DNA of 64,000 bases, from assembly GCF_036321535.1 (NCBI RefSeq), contig NC_087438.1, positions 111,910,001 through 111,974,000 on the forward strand, written 5' to 3'. The DNA is from Camelus dromedarius. Its lineage: Eukaryota. This document shows, piece after piece, positions 11,140 through 23,161 of the stretch; the first letter of the stretch is position 1; each line of letters opens with the position of its first letter. The notes under the pieces are model-generated. The model worked only from the letters and a program-made list of their open reading frames with translations. It was not told where the DNA came from and did not search any database. The position numbers and the translations under genes were made by a program.

Positions 11140-11490
11140 TTTAACTTCTCCGCTTAATCTAATTAGGACTTCGCCTCCCGAAACAAATATCTAGTAAAGA
11201 ATGAACCTATTGAAAGACTAAATTTACTACACACCCGTTTGCGCAAACCCTCCGCATGTTTCCTTGAAGCGGTAATGCCGATGAAATTGAACGTTGTTTG
11301 ACTGGATAATGGTCTCCCGCTGTAAAACGGATTATAGAAAATAAACGTCGGGGGCGGGGGGTGGGGGTGGGGAGGCCCGTCGCTTCATTGAATTCCATCG
11401 GTGATAACGCCATCACCTGAAATAGCTGCCTGAAAAGAGTGTAAACGGGAGTGAGGCAGCGGCATCCAGAGCCAATTCGCAGCTGGGCAA
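11140..11490. promoter_or_regulatory. Small orphan CpG island / promoter-like element
   Basis: 20 CpG counted in 11161-11480; GC box GGGGCGGGG (11351-11359), CCAAT (11472-11476), palindrome GTTTGCGCAAAC (11237-11248); no repeat recognised. Confidence 0.6.
11350..11372 (+). other. G-quadruplex motif G5-C-G6-T-G5-T-G4
   Basis: GGGGGCGGGGGGTGGGGGTGGGG, four G runs with 1-nt loops. Confidence 0.85.
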
Positions 11491-11627
11491 CAGTTCCTTT
11501 TCTTGGAAGTAATTTTATTCTGTTTTGGGTTCACTGCCCTGGTTTGAGGGGTTCACAAAACAGTAGGTTTTTAAAAGGCATCTGTGGGCGTCACAAATGC
11601 TTTTCATAGAAGGGCATTTTGGTATTA

Positions 11628-11800
11628 ACTGATTCATTCATTTATCAATATATATTTAATGAGGATCTGCTGTGTGCTAGGCAGTCTTTGGGAGCTGAGG
11701 CTATGAGAATGAGTGAAACAGATGGGCCACTTGCTCTCATGCAACTTTCTGTCTAGTGGAGGACATAGAATCCATTCATTAGCAAGTACTTATTAAATAC
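11628..11800 (-). mobile_element. L2 3' end
   Basis: TTCATTCATTTATCAATATATATTTAATGAG...CTGTGTGCTAGGC...TTGCTCTCATGCAACTTTCTGTCTAGTGGAGG. Confidence 0.85.
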
Positions 11801-12835
11801 CCACTTTGGGTCAAGGCCATGATCACAAAATAACTACGAAATTGCCACTCAGATGAGTATTGTGAAGGCAGAGTAGTGAGGATGCTGGACCAGGATGTAT
11901 GTGCCGTTCCTTTGAAGAACAATTTTGAGGCAAATTATGTAATACCGAAAATGACTCCCAGGTCAGTATGGAGATTGGCCGATTACAGAGTGTGTTAACA
12001 TGCTTCTGAGTTTGCTTAATGGGTTTAAATCCATTCATGAAACTTTTCTGGGGCTCAAGTTTCTTTTGCTTGATTGAAGTCTATAGTAATTCCTGTCCGA
12101 CTTGCCTCATAGGATAGATGTTTGAGTAAAATAAGAAAATATGCCTAAAAAGGCTTTGTAGTTGATGAAACTAATGGATTATTCTGATGGGCTGGGGCTT
12201 TCCTAGGGCTTATCCACATGGATCTTGCAGAATCCTTGGGTAGACAAGAGGAATGTAGGTTGGTCAACAGTGAGCAGTTCAAACAGTTTATGAATAAGTG
12301 GTTAAGTGTCTGACACAGACAACAGTATAATATACTGGATGAAGTCAGGGAAAAGGTAATAAGCCTTGTAGAAGGGATGGTGTTTAGAAAGAGAGGAGCA
12401 GGAATCCCAGGCTAGTCTGGATTTGGGGCCTGTGGAATGCTGGTGTGGACACTAGCAGCTGGAACACACTGAGTGGGGCCTGAGATTTCCTAGTGGATGC
12501 AGCTCACGTTCTGGGTAGTACCACAGGGTCCTCTGGGGACCAGTCTGTTAGGTTGACGTCTGACATTATGTTAGATGGTACTTGGGTGGCCTTGTGCAAG
12601 GCCCTCCTCTGCTCGTCGGTGCCCACCCTTCTCTTGCTCAGTGCCCTCTTCCCGTGTTTCACTTGGCTACTCCGTATTCTCTACCACTTCTCCTCCAAGC
12701 CTTCCTTGCTCTGCCAGGACCCTGTTGTCTAAAAGTGTGGCTGATTTTGTTACTTAATTGATGCTAAGACACTGATAGGAAAGCATGGAAACATTCACAT
12801 TTTATCCCACCTTCCTGAAAAGACAATGCTGCAAA

Positions 12836-13090
12836 CCAGGGGTTCTTAAACTTGTGTAATGGATGGACCCCTTTTAAAGGAGAAAAATGCTCTCAGCTCC
12901 AGAGAAAACAACTCCTATTGGGAAAACACTGATGTAATAAACTTTCAATTTCAGTTGCAAATTGTCACTGCTGAAGAGAAGTTTTGGTCTTATAGTTGCT
13001 AGATCTTTTTTTTTTTTTGAAATTATCATAGCAATGGAAACACACAACTGAAAAATGTTTTTGAAACCCTTAGGCCCTTGAGAAAATGAC
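12836..13090. mobile_element. Possible hAT-Charlie MITE remnant
   Basis: Starts CAGGGGTTCTTAAACTT...GGACCCC like Charlie termini; family and right end not resolved. Confidence 0.35.
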
Positions 13091-14134
13091 TCTTTCATTG
13101 TCCATTAAATTAAGCACTGCAGAGGACTTTTTACACTCCCAGGGTCACAGTGCCCCATTCACTTTCCTCACTTATTCATAATGTGTCTTCAGACAACCAA
13201 GTGACATTTATTTGATGATTAATGATGCTAGGGTTTCTTACTAGTCCCCATACTGTTTTCTTGTGAGGGCCCAAGAAGGACCAGTTCCCTGAAGTCCGGT
13301 TCAAAAGCACTGTTGTGTCCAGGGCCAGTTCTGCCCTTAGCTGAAGGAGAATGAGCCCGATCTAGAAGGTTCCTGTTAAGTCTGAGAGGTTCAGCTTCAT
13401 CATCTTCTATAATCAGAAAGAGGTGAAGTTCAGGCAGCACCAGCAGTAAAGCTCCTTTAGGATGGCTCTGTGGTGGGTGAAGGTGGTATTTGCCCAGGAC
13501 ACAGGGGGTCCCAGGCTCATCAAAGAGTCCTAAACCCCAAGAGCCAGCAACTAAAGGGCCTGTGGAAGCAGTGAGAACTAACCTATGGGGACCAACGGGG
13601 CCACCTCTTTCTGGCATTAAGCGTAGGACCTGGGCAAATCCCTGGGTGGGGGTTGGGGAGCAGAAGAGAAGGTTTAAAGGGACTCCCCCAGTGAATGAAG
13701 TCAATTTCCCTCCAGCTATCAGGATACAGGGCTTACAGTTGGATTTAACTTGGTTTATCACATAGCTGATCTTGTGAATGGAGATTCCCCCCTACTACAT
13801 AGCAGGGTGCATTGTCAACCAGCTGGGGTAGACAGGAGACACTCAGTATATTAGCCCCACTACCTGAAGTCTTTTTTGATGGTACCAGGTGGAAATATCT
13901 TTCTTTTCTTACTTTTGTCCCTCAAATCCTCCTTTGTTTCTTATAGTCCACCTTTGCCCTTTTCTTCTTATCTCTTTTTCCTTTCCTGCTGCCCAAGATG
14001 TAGACATACCAAAGGCACAAGCAAGGATGATTTGGCATGACCAGAATCACTCAAAGATGGAGGTGCTATCTCAAGATGACCAAAACCATGCCCCAAAATC
14101 TAAGAAATTAAAATTATAACATTAAATTATAACA

Positions 14135-14300
14135 CTTTCCCCATGTTTTCTTCTAGAATCTTTATGGTTTCATATTTTACACTTGAATCTTTGGTTCATA
14201 TGGAATGCCTTTTGCTGTATGTAGTGATTTAGGAATCAAAAATCATTTATTTTTTTAGATGACAATTTGACTCATTTTGCAATTCTTTAAAAAAAAATAA
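14135..14300 (-). mobile_element. L1M fragment
   Basis: TTTTCTTCTAGAATCTTTATGGTTTCATATTTTACACTTGAATCTTTG...ATGTAGTG...TAGGAATC, antisense L1 ORF2-end motif. Confidence 0.7.
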
Positions 14301-15241
14301 GAATTCTTTGGAATATATGCTATTTCTAAATTCTGCTTCCAGAATCTGAGTGGGAATGGTTAGAAGGCAAATTGATATCCCGGGTACATAAGTAATGAAT
14401 GACTGCCATTGAGAATTCAGGAAGCGAGTCCCAAAGGCAGGAGTGGGGGAGGAGTCTATCTTCATTTCTTAACCTCTTTCAGGGGCATTTAAAGCCTAGA
14501 GAAGAAAGAGTTAGCTTTAGAGTTAACACTTTTGGGGCCAAACTTTGGCAGCAAATGCAGACCTAGTTAGAATTGATAGTAAATACAGAATAACAAGTTC
14601 ATGTTAAAAATATACTTTGATATCATGTAGGAAGGCCATTTGGTTTATAATGACTTTTTTCCCTACTATAAATTATTTCACAATATTTCTAATGAAAAAA
14701 CAATTTTTCCCACAAAAATATCTTAGGTGATTTTTATCTCTAGAGGCACTTATTCTGAACTGTTTCCTTTTTGTTTTTCCCCATAGCGTGATTTACTGTA
14801 CTGGTTGCATTTTTTCCATAGTCAACCCTGTTATACTGAAAGTCTTTGTCCTATGTCACAGTCACAAATCATTTATCTTGGTTATTTGGGGGTAAAAATA
14901 CTTTCCAATAAGATATAGTTATTCTGTCACGTATCCCCTCCCTCCCCCAAAATTGTCCTTGTCTCTCTCTGGGCCCATGTTTCCATGAGCCTCTTGGATC
15001 ATCAGTCAATTTTTGACTGGCCAATTCACTGAAGGAGAGCTTTATCCGGTACTTTTGGTTGGGTTGACAGGACATTTGGCATTGTGCGGACACACTAATA
15101 AAAGTATCAACAGATAGTACTCAGATGTTCAGTGAGAATGCATTGATCTTAAAGTCTTTAAATGAAAAATATATGTGACAAGGGAGCTATCTGAGATAAA
15201 TATTTATTAGGAGTTCTCATTTGGGAAAAGGGCATATTCTC

Positions 15242-15430
15242 TAGGTCAGTTCTAAAACTTCATGGGTATAAAAAGTACCTGGGGAGTTTGTTAACCATGC
15301 AGATTCCTGGACCCCACCCCTTGGGTTCGTGACTTCTTAAGCCTGAGATGATTCCTGGGAATTTTTATGTTAACAAACTCCTCAGATGGTTCTGATGTAA
15401 GTTGCTCACACATAACACTTTGAGGTTCTT
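15242..15430 (+). mobile_element. MER5A (hAT-Charlie) MITE
   Basis: GTTCTAAAACTT...ACCTGGGGAGTTTGTTAACCATGCAGATTCCTGGACCCCACCCC...TAACAAACTCCTCAGATGGTTCTGATG...ACACTTTGAG. Confidence 0.85.
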
Positions 15431-15440
15431 AACCAAAATA

Positions 15441-15688
15441 TAGTTGACCCTTGAGCAACATGGGGGATGGAGCGCCAGCCCTCCACTCAGTGGAAAATCT
15501 GCGTGTAACTTACAGTTGGCCCTCCCTTTGCGTGGTTTTCCCAGCTGTGGTCTCTCCGTATACAAGGTTCTGCATCCAGGTGTTGGGCCACCTGCAGATT
15601 GTGTAATACGGTAGTATTTACTACTGGAAAAAATCCACACATAAGTAGACCTGCACAGATCAAACCCATGTTGTTCAAGGGTCAGCTG
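15441..15688. mobile_element. MER8 (TcMar-Tigger) MITE, near full length
   Basis: TIRs TAGTTGACCCTTGAGCAACATGGG / CCCATGTTGTTCAAGGGTCAGCTG with TA on both sides (15439-15440, 15689-15690). Confidence 0.9.
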
Positions 15689-15939
15689 TACATTTACTAT
15701 GCAGTGCTGGTTTTTGGCAGGGTGGGTGGGAGACCAGGTTTGACTTTGGACTTCGTCTCTCGTGTTCTCTCCATGCTCTTCTCCCTTTGGCAGTTTGTCT
15801 CTGGACCCATCTGCTTGCCATGGCCCTTCTCCTTATGAAAGGAGACTGCCTTGTTTTCCATCACCTGAGATTCCTGAGAGGAAATGGAGCTAGTTTTAGT
15901 GAACTCATAATTTCAGGTCAACCAACATCCTTTTTGGAA

Positions 15940-16035
15940 TTCCCAGAGTGTATAAATACAGTTAATGTTTTTCAAGTGCCTGCCCTTTGCAAGGTGCTGG
16001 AGATAAGAAGGTGAACCTCACAGCCACGACCTTCA
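15940..16035 (-). mobile_element. L2 3' fragment
   Basis: TTTCAAGTGCCTGCCCTTTGCAAGGTGCTGGAGATAAG...GACCTTCAAGGAAGTCATGGTCTAG. Confidence 0.6.
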
Positions 16036-16055
16036 AGGAAGTCATGGTCTAGAGT

Positions 16056-16250
16056 AAGAATCAGCAATTCTTTTTTTCTGTAAAAGCCCAAATAATAAAC
16101 ATCTTAGGCTTTGTGTGCCATATGGAGTCTGTTACATCTACTCAAGTCTGCCATTCGAGTGTGAAAGTAACCACAGACAATACGTGAACAAATGAGTATG
16201 TGTTCTAATAAAACTTTATTTACAAAAATAGGCGGTGGATCTCTGATCTA
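16056..16250 (+). mobile_element. MER58A (hAT-Charlie) MITE
   Basis: TTTTTCTGTAAAAGCCCAAATAATAAACATCTTAGGCTTTGTGTGCCATATGG...GTGTTCTAATAAAACTTTATTTACAAAAATAGGCGGTGG. Confidence 0.9.
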
Positions 16251-16960
16251 TAGGGTATGGGCAGACAATCAATTCCATACATTGTGAATAAAGGCTAGGG
16301 CCAGAGATGGCTGTTGTGCTCCATGTCAGGAGCCAGCTCTGCTCAGTTGGTAGTGACTGCCTGGAGCACTCTGTTCATTCATTCATGCACTCAACAAATA
16401 TTTACTTATTTAATGTCCCTATGTGCCAGGTTTAGTGGAACAGAGTAAAATTATTTATTAGCTGTGTTTTCCACGGGTAGGGAGCTGCAGCACTGGAGCT
16501 GTATATTTGCCATCCATGAGCTATATCTTAAGAAATAAGCAAGGAATATTCCATATGTATAAACCCATGTACTCAAGGAACTCACAGTTTTGCACTAATG
16601 TAGTAGAGTAGGTACTATTATGCCCCTTTCACGGATGTTAAAGGAATGTTAAGAGTGTATTAAAGGTCTCTCAGCTCATGAGCTGTGGAACAGCATTTTA
16701 GGACATCTCCTGCTCATAAATCCAAGACCTGCTTTTAATAATACACCCAGGCTGCTATTAATAGTAGTGATTTATAGTGCAGAGTTCATAGTTTGAACTG
16801 TACTGTAAATCAGAGGTCAATGACCTTTGAAAAGTGGCTTGCCAAAATTCCAGTCCCTTTCCTTCTGACACGCCATGACAAGGTCAGCACTAGAGCAGAT
16901 CTTGACCACCTTGTTCCAAGGGGTGTGAGAAACAGGGTTGTTGAGCTTTTGCCATTTTTC

Positions 16961-16993
16961 TGTGTGTGTGTGTGTGTGTGTTTGTGTGTGTGT
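16961..16993. repeat. (TG)n microsatellite
   Basis: (TG)10 TT (TG)n. Confidence 0.95.
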
Positions 16994-17539
16994 CTGGGTG
17001 AGTGTGTAACCCTCCTGAAACCAGGACCCACACAGTCCAGTCTCAGAGCTGTGCAGCAAAGAACTTAGTTAAAAAAAAATCAATCCCCCAAAACTCAAGT
17101 TCTTTGTTTAAATTGCTCAAACATTATAAGGGGTACATACGCCACAAAAGCTCTTTAGAAATACCCCTCTTGTCATCTAATTGCCTCATACCTTTTGGCT
17201 TCTCCTTTTCTATAATTTTATGGAAGTCTTCTTCTTTAGTTCTAGCCTTTGTGCCCCTTGTCCCGCTACCCTTCCCCACTTCTATCGCAAAATCTAAAGA
17301 ACTGGTCTGACAATAGCAGAACCTGTCTCAAAGAGCTGGAGGGTGAAAGAAACCAAGTGAACAAAGCCAGAAACATTTTTGGGAGCAAAGGAGCTAGAGA
17401 AGCCTGGAAATACTAGACACATACTTATACCTATATCAATGCCTGTTATCTATTTCTATACCTTTTGATCATCTATGTCCCTACTGACCTCTATTTCTCT
17501 ATCTCTGCCTCTGTCTCTGTCTTTTTCTCTGTCTCTATG

Positions 17540-17730
17540 CTGTCTCTGTCTCTGCTGAGAAGGACACAGCTTGAGAATCAAAGGAAAGCAGAGCTGGAGT
17601 CCTGATGGTCTCATACCCAAATCCTGCATTACTTCTGATTTCCACCCATGTTAGCCAGTAAAATTCCTAATCATTTAAGCCACTTTGAGTCAGATGCATG
17701 TTCCTTGTAGCTGAAAAGAGTCTAACGATT
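17540..17730 (+). mobile_element. MLT1 (MaLR) LTR 3' part
   Basis: AAAGCAGAGCTGGAG...AGCCAGTAAAATTCCT...TTTAAGCCACTTTGAGTCAG...TTGTAGCTGAAAAGAGTCTAAC. Confidence 0.65.
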
Positions 17731-17939
17731 CCACAGTATCATCAAATGTCAGGTCTTCCCTTTTCCGTCTCTCCGCTATCATCTTTCTCAATCTTTCCCC
17801 CTGTTTGTGACTCCCCCATGGTTGTCCCCTTCCTTCTCTCTCTACCGTATCTTTTTCTCTGGCCTTGCTTTCTTCCTACTTTTAGAAACTGCCTTCATCT
17901 GAGGAAAAAAATGTAATATTCAGATTCAGTGAACATCTT

Positions 17940-18235
17940 CATGACCAGCATGCAGTGTCTTTCCTCATCAGGCAGCTGTACAGAAAGCCGCCTTGAGCAC
18001 CCTGTGTAAACTTGTCCTTCCCCCAGACCATCCTATTCCATTACTTTGTTTTCTTGAAAGCACTCGTCATTGATCAATTACAGCACCAATTAATTTGCTT
18101 ACATGTCAATTGTCCATCTTTCTGTCATTCTTCTCTTACGCACTAGACTCCGAGTTCCAAGAGAACTGTCTTGTTTAACCTACCACCTAGAGTATAATAT
18201 GGGCTCAATAAATACTTTTGAAAAATGAATGAGAA
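17940..18235 (+). mobile_element. L2 3' end
   Basis: CACTAGACTCCGAGTTCCAAGAG...GGCTCAATAAATACTTTTGAAAAATGAATGA. Confidence 0.75.
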
Positions 18236-18439
18236 AATGGTATAAACTTAGAGTGTTAAGTTTCTTGGGGCTACTTGTAGTTTTTTAGGCAATAATACCT
18301 TTGATTCAAAGGAATTCCTAATCATGAGATATTAGGCGCCAGAATCAGACCTGTAGGGAAGATGTTTTTGTCACGGGACTTTCTTGGTATATCTTTAATC
18401 AAATAGGGAAACAGATGTAGGATTTTGCAGGTGGTGTTT

Positions 18440-18600
18440 CATGAACATTAACTCTAGGGTTTGTTGTCCCTTTACAAATCTCAGGAGGCTTTGGACCATG
18501 CTGTAGTTGTGTACAGCTCGTTCATGTATGCACTGTCCCTCGGAGGAAGGTTCACAGTTTTCATCAGATACTTAGTGGAATCCATGATCTTCCGTAGCTT
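18440..18600. mobile_element. hAT-Charlie MITE (Charlie4z-like)
   Basis: GGAGGAAGGTTCACAGTTTTCATCAGATACTTAGTGGAATCCATGA resembles recalled GAGAGGGTCCATAGCTTTCATCAGATTCTCAAAGGGGTCCGTGA. Confidence 0.5.
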
Positions 18601-19084
18601 TCTGGATCTGTTACACTTGTAGCCAGGATTTTCTGTCAGCATCCTGCAGGACTTCAACCTCCCTGGGTTTTCAGAAGAGTCAGAACAAAGATAACTGAAG
18701 TGATAAGAGGATGAGTCTTTTCTTCCTTCTGTGTCTGTATTTGCAAGTTATCATGACGCATGGTGTTTGCATCTCAGCTTTTTTCCAATATTTATGAGAA
18801 TGATATATGATATTAAATAAAACCCCGCAGTGTTGCCAGTATAAAGCAATCTTCTCCTAATCCCATACTTTAGAGATTACTTCTAACACTTTGGTGTATA
18901 TCCTTTCCAACACTGAGTACAAATGTTAATAAACTTGTATTACAATTTTTATAATGGAAAATAATAAAAATGAGTAAGGGAGAAAATATTGAATGACTGA
19001 ATAAAGGAGTGCTTGTTTTTATGGCTACTTCTGATTTCCAATTCCACATGCATTCAGACAGGGTCATGGCAACTACAACAACAG

Positions 19085-19310
19085 GTAACGTTATTAAGTA
19101 CTCTCTGACATGCCTCATTTTAAGCCTCACCAGAACCCTGTGGTTCTATTACAATTTAAAAAATTACTTCTATTATTTAAAAATTTTTTATTTTATTATT
19201 ATTTTTTATTGCAGTAGAGTTGATGTTACAATTGTTTTTAAACAGATCAGGAGACCGAGGTGCAGAGAAATGAAAGAACTTGCTTGAGTTAAGTGGCAGA
19301 TCCAAGGCTT
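19085..19310 (-). mobile_element. MIR SINE with AT-rich interruption
   Basis: CATTTTAAGCCTCACCAGAACCCTGTGG ... TTTTAAACAGATCAGGAGACCGAGGTGCAGAGAAATGAAAGAACTTGC. Confidence 0.7.
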
Positions 19311-21439
19311 GCTGGGAGCAGGGCCCATCCTCTTGATTCATCATCCCAGCTTAGTATCAGGGTATCAGGACAACATAGGAGTAGTGCTGGAGGAGACAGA
19401 GGCAGTGTTTACCTCGCCCTGAGTTCCTTCCAGGTGTGAGGTCATGGAGTACTGTCCTCTTAACCTCTGCCCTTGACCCTATGCCCTGTAATTTGAGGAA
19501 GCAATGGATTGAACTCAATGCAAATGATATTAATCCAACTTCCTCAAAATGGTGGTCCTGAAAAGCCCAGATGGAGGTACACAGATTGAACTGTGCATAT
19601 CTGAAATTCTCATATCAAATTACTTTACAAATAGCTATGTTAATGCCTTCCGCAGTACAGGAACTTTCTAAGCAGGAGTGGGACCTGCAGCTAGGTCAGG
19701 GAGAAGGAAGTTAATGATGTGATGTAATCAGTGGAAGCTGGGACTTCTATCCGGGTTATTAATGATAGTAATAATGATGATGATAAATCAAGTGTATTTG
19801 TTGGATTTCAGCAAAGTTTTAATTACAAGAGGAAAACAAAGGAAGGCATCCTCTTTGTAACAAAGACATTACTGTATGAATGGTGGTCACTGAATGCATG
19901 TCCACTGACTACACCCTGGTCTAAGTAAACAGAGGCAGCTTCCCTGATTCTGCTCTGGGAAGGCTGGTGAGCAGGTCAATTCCAGGTTGAGAACCCTACG
20001 AATCAGAAATACTGCTTCAAAATGCCGCTTTTAGGCAGCTAAAGTCCTGGGCATTCAAGTATCATGAATCTGAGAATTTTATAATGTATAAGGATCCTTG
20101 GAAAGTATCTGTCCAGGTCTTTCATTTACAGATAAGTAATTGGAGGACAAAAGGGGAGAAATTACTTGCCAGAAATTATTTCCAGACCTCCACTACGTAC
20201 CATTTCATCTATTCAGTGCTGCCTCCCTAGGATTTAGACTATAAACTGTCTTGTTTCAATGGACAACTACTTTACATTGTTTACAGCACACCCTTCCAGG
20301 CTATTTGATGCTCACCTTTCACTGATCTTAGACTATTTTATTACTTTGAAAATTATAGATAACAGATTGCAAAGCAAAATAATCATTGTTTTCTTGATAT
20401 ACAAACGAATTCTGTTCCGTGGAGGAATAACCCTCTCCCCTACCTGCCACCCCATGCAAAAGCCAGTTTTGTGTCTATTTCCATATTCACTTAAACATTC
20501 TTTTAAAGAATATAAATTTGTACTTCTTCACATTTTCCTTTGAACTGATTCTATCATCTTCCTGATTTGCTCACTTAAGTAATAAGTTAAATAATAAATA
20601 AAATTTGACATGTGCTATTTGATGTGTATATAGAGTCAAAATTTTACTTTTTTTTGGTAGAAATTATCTATTAATACTACCATCTTCATAGTTTGGGACA
20701 TATCCAAGAACTATCTTTTATTAAATATCTTTCTTGAAATTGAGTCACTTTAAAATACTTAATCTATTTTAGAAGGCCATTTGGTATCCATGCTATAAAT
20801 GGAAACCATTTCACATAAGTAGAAGTTAAGTATGAAAATAAAACAATGTTTTGAGTTCCGATTAGAAATTGTGGTTTGTGGAGGACTCTGAACCCAAACC
20901 TTGTTTTATCTCTGTTACCAAGGGATATTAGTAAGAATTAAGAACACATTATTATCAAAGTGAGTCCTTCCCCTTATTCTGGCTTAGAAGGATTGAAAGA
21001 AAATAGAAAATGAAATAATTTCTTACAATGACAGTCAGTGTTGTTTAGTGCCACGTTTATGTACCATTTGAAATCATTTCCCACATCACCTGAATGCATT
21101 TTAAGTTCACAAGGAGGGTTATGTGTTTACATTTTAGTAAACGCTGCTTTTGATAATTAGCTTTTTTGCTAATCTTGTAGAGACAAAAATGCTTGTATCA
21201 TCCATAATAGCGTATGATTAAAAATTGCTTATAGTTAAGAGCTAGAATGCATTTTATAGTAGCATCCTTTTACTTAAAACAGTGGCTAACAAGAACATAT
21301 CCATACAATTGAAAATGGAAAAGGCCTCTGAGTTGCTGTGACAAAGGTTCATTAGTTTATTCTGCAAAACTAGCTATATTCATGCCTTTACACAGATACA
21401 GTAAATATAAAATAAAGACAGATTAAAAGCAGGTTCCAC

Positions 21440-22540
21440 TGGCTCTTTCCTCAGCTCCTGCTCTACACTTTCCATGACCTGGGAGACATCCTCACTGTAG
21501 GCACCGTATAGATGGCTAAAACCCAAGAGGTTTAGAAACCAGCTATTTATCTTCTAGCGCAATCATGTTTTCCCTTGACACTCCTTAGTGAATGGCAAGT
21601 CCATCCTTCCAGTTCCTGAGCCAGGCAGCTCAAGTCATTTTCTGACCCCTACTCCTCTATCGTCACATTCAATTGATTATCAAATCCATTGCTGTAAAAT
21701 TTTCAAATCTGCCATCTTCTCTCTATCCCTATTGCCATTATTTATGTTATTAAATATCTTCTCTCATCTAGACATCTTCAACATTCTCCTAACTGGTCTC
21801 TCTGCCTTTAGGTTCCCTTGTCCACCTCTAATCTATTCTACATATTCCTGTGAGTAAATTTTATAAAGTAAAAATCTGCCTAGAAGTTTAATGTATCTCT
21901 ACATCATACTCAGAATGAAATCGAGACCACTTATGGAAGTTTATATGGTCCTTCATGATCTGGTCCCGCTTCCTTCGCTAGACTTTATTCATTGACAGCT
22001 CTTCTCCCAAGCACCTCTGTTACCCCATCACATACTCTGTTCACATACTCTGTCTTGAGTCTGTTGTAATAAGTGAGTTACTGATGTTTCTATTGAAAGC
22101 TAATTCCTTCACTTGTGTCCTAGACCTATCCCCTCTTGCCTACTCAGGGATGTTATTTCAGCAACTTTTCTCTCTCTCCTGCAGCCTCAGTTTCTTCCTC
22201 TTTGCTGGATTGTTCCCATCAGCATTTAAATATGCTGTTTTTTTTTTTTCACATCTTAAAAAATTATTTTCTTGATTCCGCCTTTCATGCTAATTGTGAC
22301 CCCATTTCTTTGCTCCCCTAGGGTGTCTTTATTTTTTCGTCTCATTTTCTCTCTTAAGCCCATCCTAATCCAGCTCTTGCCCCATATTTCTCCATCAGAG
22401 TGGTTTCTGTTCAGGTTTCCAAGTGACCTCTGTATTGCTTAGTTTAGTGGTTCTTTTTCAGAACTTATGTTATATGACCCATCAGCAGCTTTTGGTAGGG
22501 CTGAACACTTCCTCCTTGATGTAACTGAATACTTTCCCTT
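21440..22540 (+). mobile_element. L2a, 5' part of long fragment
   Basis: Pyrimidine-rich L2 motifs (CTTCACTTGTGTCCTAGACCTATCCCC, TTCCCATCAGCATTTAAATATGCTG, GACCCATCAGCAGCTTTTG); probably rearranged in 21440-22000. Confidence 0.75.
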
Positions 22541-23161
22541 CTTTTCTTTTATTCTTTTATTTATATTTTTAAATTGAAGTATAGTCAGTTTACAATGTTG
22601 TGTCAATTTCTGGTGTACAACAATAGTTCAGTCATACGTGTACATACATTTATTCATTTTCATATTCTTTTTCAGTATAAGTTACAAGATATTGAATATA
22701 GTTCCCTATGTTATACAGAAGAAATTTGTTATTTATCTGTTTTATATATAGTAGTTAGTATCTGCGAATCTCAAAGTCCCAAGTTATTCCTTCCTGCCCC
22801 TTTTCCAACCCTTGGTAACTGTAAGTTTGTTTTCTATGTCTGTGAGTCTGTTTCTGTTTTGTAAGTAAGTTCATTTTTGTCATTTTTTTTTTTTAGATTC
22901 CACATATAAGTGATATGATATTTTTTCTTTCTCTTTCAGCCTTACTTCACGATCTCCAGGTCCATCCATGTTGCTGTAAATGGCATTATTTTATTATTTT
23001 TTATGACTATCTCACATCTACTTTTTCTACTCATCTGTCAATGCACGTTTAGGTTGTTTCCATGTCTTGGCTGTTATGAATAGTGCTGCTATGAACACTG
23101 GGGTACCTGTATGTTTTTTAATTAGAGCTTCCTCTGGATATATGCTCAGAGGTGGAATTGC
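22541..23161 (-). mobile_element. 5'-truncated lineage-specific L1 (camelid/artiodactyl type) nested in L2
   Basis: T-rich tail, TTTAAATTGAAGTATAGTCAGTTTACAATGTTGTGTCAATTTCTGGTGTACA..., GTCCATCCATGTTGCTG...GGTGGAATTGC; TSD TTCCCTT (22534-22540, 23162-23168). Confidence 0.9.

Noticed and set aside
13228-13761. 177-aa ORF (minus) with an overlapping 91-aa ORF (plus) in unique DNA
   Set aside because: Considered a retrocopy or ERV remnant, but found no gag/pol/env or cellular-protein motif, poly-A tail or TSD.
4572-16201. Identical 16-mer GAACAAATGAGTATGT at 4572-4587 and 16186-16201
   Set aside because: About 0.5 such pairs are expected by chance in 64 kb; the second copy lies inside MER58A and the flanks do not align.
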